DNA of 64,000 nucleotides from Chara braunii (taxonomy: Eukaryota; Plantae; Charophyceae): positions 4,145,565 through 4,209,564 of the forward strand of contig BFEA01000007.1 of the NCBI GenBank assembly GCA_003427395.1, in the 5' to 3' direction. Below, piece by piece: positions 50,251-60,381 of the stretch. The notes beneath the pieces were generated by a model. The model searched no databases. It saw nothing but the letters and a program-made list of their open reading frames with translations, and was not told where the DNA came from. The first letter of the stretch is position 1. Every line of letters starts with the position of its first letter. Position numbers and translations under genes: made by a program.

Positions 50251-52794
50251 ATTGAGCGGGTAACGAACGAAGGGAAAGACGAATGAACCTAGACAAGGGT
50301 CAAGCTGGATTCGTGCAAAACGAAGTTGGTGATGGCGGAAAACGGTTTGGATGCAGTGGAAAGTGCCTAACTTACTCGTTCCTTAGTGGAAGCGGGTGAG
50401 GGAAAGTGCAAATCCGACGTTTTAGACCAAGCCGAACAGAGTGGCGTGGTTGGATTGACGTTTAAGGAAGCAGGTGATGAGGTAGAAAGGAAAGATGGTG
50501 CGCAAAGGAGAAAAGTGGGAGGAGGAGGATGAGTGAAAGTCGGGTTTATTCCGCAATTTCTCAGCCATTTTTGACAAACTTAGATGCTAACCAGTGGTTT
50601 TAAACCGATCTAAAGTGATTGGCGCGCTAGACTCTCGATCTGGGAAGCAGTTTGTTCAGTACAACGTGTAAGGGCTACGTGAGGGAGAAAAAACTACGGG
50701 AGGGGGGATGAACCTACTCGCATTTTAGCGGAAGATTCATTTCGATTTTGCTCATCCTATCGATGGAATTAACCTCTCTCTATCTCTTTGCATGCATGGT
50801 CGGATAGTAGTGTACCTCCCCATGTTTTAACGAAAGATTCAGTCTCCTCTTGCGCAATTGCTGAGTAGTGGAGCGAGGTCGTTGTAGCGCACCTTCTTTC
50901 GGCATCGCGGCTATCGTCTCGATCCTGGTGAGCCTCGCCTTGCCACTTGTTGTAATCATCGTTCTCATCCTTCGCAGTTCTAGCGGTCATAGTATTCGTC
51001 ACGATTGGGCTGGGCGTCGTGGTTAGTCTTCACTCGAGGAGTCTTGCTGCCCACTGTGCTCAACTCGCAGTCGCAATGTATGTCATGATCGACCTGGATT
51101 AAGCGCGACATACACACGTCCACTAGTGAGAGAGAGAGAGGGGGGAGGGGAGGGAAGAGAGGAAGTAGGTGTGATAGGGGGAGAGAGTTCACCTTCTGCG
51201 AACAGTGGTATTGTAGGTAGCCGAGGAGCGTAGCAGCAGAGCAATAGCAGTCTCGATCTCGACAACGATTGGGCCTGTTGTGTAAGCAATGTATCTTCCC
51301 GTGTTCTAGCGGAAGAAGATTCATGCCGATTTTTGCCAGTCATATCGTTGGAAGCAACCCCTCTCTATCTCTCTGCGCACATGATTGAGAAGTGGTGTGT
51401 GTTCCTATGTTCTTGTGGAAGATTCTGTCTCATTTTGCACAACGACAGACTGCTTATTTGATGTACACATGAAACTGCTAAATTGTATGTGTGAGTTTGA
51501 ACCCAGAAGGCAGGCTTGGCCGTATGTATGAGGGGGGCTAGGTACGTACCTTACCAACTTCAAATAGGGCATCCTGATTTTATGTTTGATATTGTGGTAA
51601 CCTCGCGAGCTTCGGGCGGGATGCAAGCAGCTGTTTTTCGTCGTTGGATCGACTGCGTATTTTCGTCAAGGAGGTTTTGTTACTGTATCCGAGAGCTAGA
51701 GGTACGTACACTAAGAGGGAAGCACTGTTGTTGAACGATGCTATGGTGTCTTGAGGCTGCGGACGACTGTTGTGGGCACTATGCTTTGCTGAAAATCGTT
51801 GCGTTCCCCCTGCACTTCGAATAGAGCATGGGGGTGTGCTCTGTTTGAGCACAATCCGTTTTACGGTGGATTACTGCAATTTAATCAAAAGCAGAAGTTG
51901 TGTGACTTCACAGAAAGGGCAGGCTTCGTAAGGGGATTATCGTCGAAACTTGGAGGTTCGTCAGAGCATCAATTGTTTTGCGTTTGACTGCGAGCTGACC
52001 TACATATTGCATTGTGGTTGCCATTGCGGGGCCCTAAGGCGCGTCAAGGTTTGAAGGCGCTCTCCTGCGAGTTTGAGTGCACCTCTCTTGTATCTGAGCG
52101 AGTGAATACTTTTCTTTGTACCTTTTTGTTTCTTAGTCTAGTCTATTTGGTTTAGAGAGGAATTCGGCAGGCGAGATTAAAACCCGTAATCCGTGCCAAG
52201 GCCTCTGTGAGAGGTTCGCCCCACTGATTGTAGGAGCTCTGTCAGAGTTGAGGCGAGATTCTGGAGGTAGAGAACTGTAAGGCATACCTTCTTCTGCTTG
52301 TGTGAACCCACTATACCCCTATGATTACATCTCTCTAGTTTGGCTGAGAGATACGCATATGTTCCCTTATGAATTATGCTTTCTTTTAGAAACCTAATCA
52401 GACTAATTGAAAGAAACACGTGCGTAAATTTAAGTTCCTTTTTATTATGACTTAAAGTAGACTAAGGGATGAACTTGGGGAAGGTGGGAGGAAGGTGGTT
52501 TTGCATGGGTTTGACCGGGTCTCAATGCTTAGGGCATTGTTCTTAAGCGGTGTCGGTGCGAATTCCCTAACAAGGGTATCCGCCCTGGTTTTTGCAAATA
52601 ACAAGGAATAAGTCTGGTTTAAAGTTTAATTATACCGCGCGAAGCGCGGCTGCGTTCGAGAGTCCGTGGGCCAGACGGTTGATCAGAATAGAGAGTATGT
52701 GAGCGCGTAGGTTTGAGGCACTCGTGATTTTATTGGTTGATGATTGAAGAACGGGCGGGGTCGCCGGTCGAATTTTTATTTTTGATTAAATTGG

Positions 52795-53065
52795 GATATT
52801 TGCTACTATCACCGAGGAGCACACTGGGTCCGATCTGCCAAGGCCTACACTTAGGCCTAGCAACGGGCCTCGCCTTTAGTTCTAAGGCCAACCAGTCGAG
52901 TGGGAGTGTGACCATTGAATGCCTGAGGTGGCAGTGGGCTCTGCCTGGGGTAGGTCGATTGGGGGAGGCTGTGGCAAATAGCCTGCCAAATAGCATCGGG
53001 CTCGGGTATAGGGGCGAAAGACTAATTGGGCCGTAGAGTAGTACCCTCGTTCGGAGTTGCCCCAC
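52795..53065. pseudogene. Short LSU rRNA-like patches in opposite orientations
   Basis: ATATTTGCTACTATCACCGAG (antisense, ~52796) and GGGTATAGGGGCGAAAGACTAAT (sense, 53004-53026). Confidence 0.6.
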
Positions 53066-53260
53066 GATCACGAAGGTATGGTTGGCGAACTCGGCCGGAG
53101 CGGCTTGCGGAAGCTCCATGTATATATCGCGACGAGGATTAAGAACCAACTCCTGCGTGACGCGGCCGGGAGGGTCCCGCGCTGTCCTGTGCAGCGCCGG
53201 ACCGATGCGCCTGACAGCGGAATGGCCCAATGCTATGTTTAATTGATTGTTTTCTGAAGG

Positions 53261-53862
53261 ACCAAACATTGTTTATAAGCTGAATGACTTGGTTGCTGTG
53301 TTGTTTTCAGAGGGCTTGCCTGACTGATTTTCGAGATCAAGCATTGTTTCTAAGCTGAATGGTTTGGTCTATCTGTTTCTTTTGGGGTTTAGGCTGGACA
53401 TTGTTTCTACGCCGAAGGCTGGACATTGTTTCTAGGCCGAATGGTTGTTTTTTGTTACATTTTGACATAGGGCTATGCATTGTCTCCAAGCCGAATGGTT
53501 TAGCCTAAAACCACTCGCTAAGCACAAATGAGTGTAATGAGAGATATTTTATTTATATATGCATATGAACAGGCAGTTGGACATTGTTTTCAAGCCGAAT
53601 GCCTCACGTTAAGCCATATCATTAAGAAGAGAAAGAGAGTCAAGAGTATAACTGGAAGTAAACTGGGCAAGGTGAGCATTGTTTGATGATAAGTGAGAAA
53701 ATCATTAAAGTTTGAATGTTTAAATAGTTTAGGGCGACTAGGCATTGTTTCTAAGTTGAATGGTCTAGTCACACACCCAAAGAAGAGAGAAATAGTTATG
53801 TAACCTGTTCTTGTATAATCTAAGGCATGCTAGGCATTGTTTCTAAGTTGAATGGTCTAGCG
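53261..53862 (+). repeat. Array of ~8 short hairpin repeats with unrelated spacers (hairpin array 2)
   Basis: CATTGTTTCTAAG(C/T)(C/T)GAATG at ~53267, 53342, 53399, 53424, 53478, 53582, 53743 and 53835. Confidence 0.88.
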
Positions 53863-54149
53863 TCGTGCCAAAGATGGGTATAAGGGATAATCATACGCAT
53901 GATCAATTAACTATCTTATGAGGAAACAACTTGGGGTTCGGTGTCTCCTACGTACTCATTGTGGTATGGACTTGCATGTGGTTGAGGATGAACTCTACTT
54001 GTTCTGAGTTTTAACTTTGATTGGTTGTTGTTTTAGATGCTCGCATGTGTTGGAGTTGTAGGAGAGTTCAATTCTTGCATTTTCTGAGGTAATTTTTACT
54101 TGGTTCAATTTTAACATCTTCTTGGTTAATCTTATTACTTGGCTCTGTA

Positions 54150-55110
54150 TAAATTTTGGAAAGCTACTTTCATAAGGGAAGTGCTGCCCAAAGTTTTACA
54201 AAATCAAGTAGTTAGTCAAATTTTGTTTTTTTTTTTTCATAGTTCAACTTTTGTTTGAGTTTTATATCTGGCTTAGTAGAAATTTGGGAAGCCTTCTTTT
54301 CTGGGGGAAGTGCTGCCCAAACTTTTACTAATTCAAGGAGTTAAACAAAAATAAACTTTGTAAAGTCAGAATCATTTTCAGATGGAGTATTTAGCTTTAT
54401 ATAAATCTTGGAAAGACACTTTTCTAGAGGGAGTACTATCAAAATTTTTGCAAAAGCTAAAGAGTTAGCTGAATTTCGTCTTGGCCTAGGCTACCAGAGT
54501 GGCCCGGGGTCACTTGCCCGTTCGGGCCAAAAGAAATAAAAATAATAAAAATAAAAGAATTATTTTTAAATTGTATTTTTTATTCTTAATTTGGTGAAGA
54601 ATTTCGCTGTGACCCTGAGGCAAAAGTTGTTCAATTTATTTTTCTGCATAACATGGTTTTTTTTTTCGGATTTTTTGGATTTTTTTTTTTTTTTTTTTTT
54701 TTTGCTGGGACCATCCTTGGTCCTTGCACGGACTGGCCACCTGGGACCCGGGCGGCCTGGCTGGTAGCCTAGGTTTTGGCAAAAATTCAAGTTTTATTTC
54801 AAGTTTAAATCTGACTTAGCATAAATATGCGAAGTCTACTTCTCTAAAGGAGATGCTACCAAAATTTTTACTAATTTGAGAAGTTAGACAAAATTTGAGT
54901 CTCTAGTCAAAAGTCATTTTGAGATTTCATAGTCGATTGAATATAAATTTTGAAAAGGTACTTTCTTAGAGGGATTGCTACCAAAATTTTCCTAGTTTAA
55001 GGAGTTAGATTATATTTTGATAGGAAAATGTCTTGGCAAATATTATATTTTGAAAGGAAAAAGTCTTGGCAATCCACCTTTTACAAGGGACATGCTGCCA
55101 AAATTTTCTT
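54150..55110 (+). repeat. Degenerate ~125 bp tandem repeat (~6 units, hairpin array 3), split by a MITE
   Basis: AAATTTTGGAAAG..ACTTT...AGGGA.TGCT.CCAAA.TTTT...AGTTAG recurs at ~54150, 54280, 54404, 54823, 54945 and 55068. Confidence 0.8.
54485..54773. mobile_element. MITE-like element (~289 bp) with terminal inverted repeats
   Basis: CCTAGGCTACCAG (54485-54497) and CTGGTAGCCTAGG (54761-54773); AT-rich interior; related pieces lie in inverted orientation at 49000-49090 and 49400-49530. Confidence 0.7.
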
Positions 55111-56169
55111 TATTCCTGTAGCTCCCTTTGAGAGGTAATCTTAAAATTAAGTTTTAGGAGAAGTTGAATGGAATGTGATATGAGGATTTAATCTCCATGC
55201 ACTTAAAGCTAGTTTTGGGAATTGGTCTGTGTTGTGTTACATGTCCTGTTTGAACATTTCGATTCAAGATCTGACTAGTTTCAACCCGATCCTCCGAGGA
55301 TCGTCTTCTGTTATCATTGATAACAGATCGATTGCCGATTCGTTGGTTTACGACTCAACTCTAACCGACTCTCGCCACTCAACCTAAAGGCCTTAGCCCC
55401 TGTGGTTCAAATTATTTTTTGGGGGGTTTTACGCAACTTTTATTGAATGGACATTTAAAAAGGTACCGAGTATTTTATTATGGAAGGTTGGACAAAGGTT
55501 GAGACTTGTACGTCTAAGGCGAGGGGTATGAGTGCAGAAAAGTGGTTGAAGTTGACCCTGTGTAGCGTGTGGTCTTTCGATGTTGAATCCTTGATGTGAT
55601 TGCTGGTATGTTTTGAGATTGGAAGTCAAAATCTGACTTTGTCTGCGATCTTAAGTATTTTTGTTGAACCGAGTCGCATAATGATTGCGAGAGTGTTCGC
55701 GAGGTCCAATGTGACCATGCGTATTGGTCAACTGGACTTGTAATGAGAGAAAAAGGAAGAATCCTTTTTTTTTATCCTTTGCTTTTTTTGAATTTTTATA
55801 GTTGGACGTTAAAGTTTGTAGCAACCGTGAAAGTTAAACCCCTTGACCTGTTTCCAGGACTCCAATGATGGAACCCCACTTTCATTGTTAGGGGCACCCA
55901 ACTGCTGCAAAGGGCCTAGGCCCGCCTACCACTCATCCCCGCAGAGTGGAGAAGAGGGTAGGATTCTCAACTGCCTCGACGTTTGCTTAGCACCGAGAGA
56001 TTAATCCTTCTAGGTGCTTGTCAGCCGACACTTGAGTGTCAAAAGTGACCCTAGAGACCATCAAGGGCCACAAGATTATGGGTACTACATAGTACGCCAT
56101 CACTGCGACTGCTTGCATATTCGATATGAGGAAGCCTGCATCTGCGCGATATTTATTTTGAGTCTAGCC

Positions 56170-56610
56170 TGTGACGCTTCTTGTGTCTGAAAAGTTATGG
56201 GTCGGATACATAAAGGGACTAGGAGTGTTTTGTGTGAAGTAAACTTGATTCTTTATTTTGGCGTGGTGTAACCTGTGGTAAGAAGGATGCTTCCTTGTCT
56301 ACCGGTGTCGAGTTGTGCTTGGGACGTCAGCCCCCAGCGTGTCCGCTCACGTACGGGTCCGATAGAGGCATGCGACCACGCATACCCCCTATGCTACAGA
56401 GTACGAGAAACCCCCTTGGCTGGGCCACCTCTACGCTTGCAACTAAGTAGCTTTCGCACGTGGTTCGGTAGCTCGGCGTGGATACGTCCGTTCAAGGGTG
56501 GTGACAGCCCCTTGGGCGGAGGTAAGTTGTACCTTGTGTGACCCTATCCTATCGTAGGGGTTCGTGAGAGGTATGGTTGGCGCACTCGGCCGGAGTGGCG
56601 ACAAGCTCCA
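56170..56610 (+). ncRNA. Structured repeat motif, copy F, with conserved upstream flank
   Basis: Colinear with 6080-6510; TCCGTTCAAGGG-TGGTGACAGC-CCCTTGGGCGGA 12 bp stem. Confidence 0.5.
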
Positions 56611-56916
56611 CCACGAAGTCCTGCACAAATCCTGCGTGACGCGGCCAGGACGGTCCCTTCGCCAGATCAATGAGCTCGACATTGTCCGGGCAGGACCGAC
56701 CGAGCCTGAGAATCTTCCCAGTGCTTTCATGCAAAATTCTCTCTTTTCAGGTTCTCAGGATTTTTCAGATTTTAAGGGCTGGTAAAAACAATGATGTTCA
56801 AGACCCTAACAAACACCAAACTTGGCACACGCAAACCTCGACCAAAAATAAAACAGGGCAAAAAAACTAAAAACTAAAAACCAAATTATTTTTCCCAAAT
56901 TGGGGCTGAAAAATGG

Positions 56917-57795
56917 GGGTACCTGTTCACCACTTGTGCCATGTCAGTTAGTCTATCGAAACGATCCATTACTTTATTTCCAACATTTTTTTCGAGAAGG
57001 TGTCCACCGTCAGGGTCAAGTCATCCGCAAACATGAAGCAAATGGGGATGGCCTCCTGTGGGATTGGTGTGACCTTTATTCTTTGGGTGCTTTGCTTGGT
57101 TCGAAGGTTGGCCGCTAAGGCCTCCATGATGATGACGAAGAGAAAGGGAGCAATCGGATCGCCTTAGCGAACTGAGTGATGGAGCTGAATGACAAGGGCC
57201 AGACTAGCATATACCTACACTCTGGTTGAGGTGTTTCGGTGGAGGATAGTGACCCATCAGCGACAGGAAGTTCAGGTTGTCTAGACATCTGTCCAAGAAG
57301 AACAAATCCAAGTGATCATCGACCTTCTTAAAGTCTATGAAGATCAAGGCCGCATTGTGGGTACTTGTTAACCACTTGTGCCAAGTTTACCATTATGTCA
57401 GCCTGTCTACTGAAACGATCCATTACTTCATTTCCAACATGTTTTCTGAGGTGTCCACCATCAGGGTCAAGTCATCCGCGAACATGGAGCAAATGGGGAT
57501 GGCCTTCTGTGGGATTGGTGTGACCTTTATTTTTTGGATGCTTTGCTTGGTTCAAAGGTCAGCCGCTAAGGCCTCGATGATGATGACGAAGAGAAAGGGA
57601 GCAATCGGATCTCCTCGACGAACTGAGTGATGGAGCTGAATGGTAGGGTCCAAACTAGCATATACCTACACTCTGGTTGAGGTGTTTTGGTGGATGATAG
57701 AGTGACCGATCAGCGAAAGGAAGTTCAGCTTGTCTAGACATCTGTCCAAGAAGAACAAATCCAGGTGATCATCGAAGATGAAGGCCACATTGTGT
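56917..57795 (-). pseudogene. L1-type LINE reverse transcriptase fragment, tandemly duplicated (2 x ~440 bp)
   Basis: Minus strand AALIFIDFKK.DD, SVR(*/R)GDPIAPFLFVII.EAL and MFADDLTL; the GDP and FADD motifs occur twice. Confidence 0.9.
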
Positions 57796-58559
57796 TGTGG
57801 CTGCCCAGTGAGCTTAAGCATCTCTAGCTGCAATTCGGGGTGCTCATTCAAAACTCTCCTCTGATTATTTTTGAATAGTCTCAACATTATGTTTTAAGTG
57901 CCAAAGTTGGTGGGGGAGCATCGGCGGACGCAGATAGTGGTAAGTGGTTTGTCCGCTACGAAGGCAGGGAAGGTTAGTGTTGCGCCCTGAATCCTCCTTG
58001 CTTTGGGGGGACTGGTTGATGGTCATGAATCTTTGGCGTGTATCCCCAATGGCTTGTTTTTTGTGATAGCTTCAGCTTATCTCTGCTCGTTGGGTCAAGA
58101 GGTGTAGGTAAGTGCCTTAAGGGCGTGCATGATGGATCTGGATGGGGAGGAGGTCAACCTCCTCCTTGTCTACGCTAAATGGGGTGGAAGGAAGATGGAA
58201 TGGGTTTCGCACGTTCTGAGATTGCCTCGGTGTCTCTGGGATGGTTCGAGGGTAAGCAGCTAAAGAGATGGTGGCTCAATAGTGAAAGTCTTGGGGGAAG
58301 TGGGACAGGATGGTGGTTAAGTCACAGGGGAGGGGTTTCCTTTTCTTGATTGCAGTTTTGAAAAACTCTTCAGACTTCAATAATTCTTAGCCTAAGCCGG
58401 GTAATGGCCGCGATTTCCAAAAACGAAGTTCTTCACGAGAGTTCAAAGATAATCCTGGACCAGGTTACAAGTCAAAGGGCTTTAAGATGAGGGCTAGTTT
58501 CAAGACTTTCAGTCTGACTTCAAGTTCCACGGTCAGAAGTCATTTCTATTGCCAGGAAT

Positions 58560-59040
58560 CTTTGAGACGTCCCGAGGTGAAATCGACCAGGGTATGGTGG
58601 GTCAAAAATACTTCCGTACCTTGGAAAAGTTTTCCAGAAAGTCAACAGTCAGGCCCAATGCGGGCACAATAGGCCAAGAGCTAGGGGTTTTCCCTAAAGT
58701 CACCTGGGCTACAAATCACACACAATTCAAAGGCACAGGAAAGCTCTCAGCAACTTCCAGGTGCGCTGGGAGCAAGCACAGACTGCAATAAAATTCTGGC
58801 CCCACAGATGAAGAAATCTCAGCTATTTTGAGGAGGCAACCTGGGGCAGGCCAAGGCCGTGTCGACACTACAAAAGCAGACACTGCCTCTGTTGGGGCAT
58901 TCATTGTGCCTGGGCAGCTCACGCGCTGGCGGAGTCTACCTACCGCCCAACAGAAGTAGAGGGACATGGCAGTAGACATAGCTAGTTAGCACTTCCCATA
59001 GAGTAGAGGAGGTGCTGACTCCTTAGCTGTTGCATACTCG
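58560..59040 (+). repeat. Dispersed repeat homologous to 23900-24350
   Basis: Same ordered motifs as the copy at 23.9 kb. Confidence 0.75.
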
Positions 59041-59562
59041 TGAAACACAGTAATAAGTATGGCACATATTCCCAAAACCGACCAGATAATATAGAGTAAA
59101 TACAAATTCAGCGGAAGACTTGAGAGACATGGACTGACTCTGACCTGACGCGGACTGCAAACGAACACTCTCAATCATACATCAGGGGTGTGAAAGCCCT
59201 GACCTTAGACATAGACGAAAGGCCAGGGTCTGAGATCATCCACGAACGAAGGGAGAGAGGGGAGAGACGAAGGGAGGAGGAGGAAGATGACGTCAACTCA
59301 ATGTTTCCAAAGATAGTATCTTGAAATGCCAGAGGTAGCGAAAATCCAAAATGTTGCGAACACAGTGTCTCACAATGTCTCAGATATCGTTCTCACATTG
59401 TCAAGTACATCTCCAGAGGAAGATGAAATCAGATCCCCCTAGTAGTCCCCAACCGGTAGTCCCAATGTCGTCGTCTCCAATGTCATCAGAACTCGTAAAC
59501 ATCCTTCATACCGATAGTAGCCCCATAGGAGAACCCAGGAGTACACTTAGACTGAGAAGGTA

Positions 59563-59653
<91 letters not shown>

Positions 59654-59847
59654 NNNNNNNNNNNNNNNNNNNNNNNNNNNNNNNNNNNNNNNNNNNNNNN
59701 NNNNNNNNNNNNNNNNNNNNNNNNNNNNNNNNNNNNNNNNNNNNNNNNNNNNNNNNNNNNNNNNNNNNNNNNNNNNNNNNNNNNNNNNNNNNNNNNNNNN
59801 NNNNNNNNNNNNNNNNNNNNNNNNNNNNNNNNNNNNNNNNNNNNNNN

Positions 59848-60381
59848 AAGGCCTTCCTCCCCGATACCTGATCCGGTAGCTATGGCGCGGCAGGGCCGCT
59901 GCGCTGCTTCGTTCTCGCCGCTCCGCTTGCCTTCTCCTCGCAGGCTAATCCTGCTAACGCTGCAGTGTTGCGCTAATACTCAAGACTAACGTCCTATCTC
60001 ACTAACCTCCCTACTGAGGCTGGTACCCATTCTTTTGTAGTGCTGGGCCGGCCTCCTATCTGCTGGTACCTACTGGCCTGGACCGTTGATCTGATCAACG
60101 GTCCAGATTCAAAATTGGACTTGGCGCCTAAACGCGGCAGCCTTTGAAACTGCGCCGCCGGTAGGTCCTATGCTGGACCGGTACTGGCCATGTGGCCGTT
60201 GGCCTGGGCCTCTACCCCTTGCCTGCTTGAACCGCCGTACCCCTGGCCTTCTAGAACCGCCGTACCCCTGGCCTGCCTGGGCCTCATCTGAACCGTCGTC
60301 CCCCTAGGCCTACCCTACCTACCTGGAACTGGGCCCTAACTGGGGCCCTTGTGGCTCAGAATGCCACACACTCCCCCCCTT
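59848..60381 (-). mobile_element. 3' LTR (cut by an assembly gap) and polypurine tract of the chromovirus
   Basis: Minus strand AAGGGGGGGAG (60381-60371) immediately followed by TGTGTGG; lies just downstream of the chromodomain. Confidence 0.8.

Larger units (their letters stand above)
45025..51400 (+). repeat. Four dispersed copies of a ~60-110 bp repeat (~45025, 45437, 50720, 51290)
   Basis: TAG(C/T)GG(A/T)AGAT.CAT.CGATTTTG.TCATC...GATGGA motif. Confidence 0.7.

Noticed and set aside
53261-53862. CRISPR array
   Set aside because: Spacer lengths vary from a few to ~140 nt, and there is no leader or cas gene; kept as a hairpin array
56420-56470. Group II intron domain V (GGGCCAC...TCGCACGTGGTTCGG)
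   Set aside because: Resemblance is in the 3' strand only; the AGC triad and GAAA loop are absent and other copies of the motif do not keep the pattern
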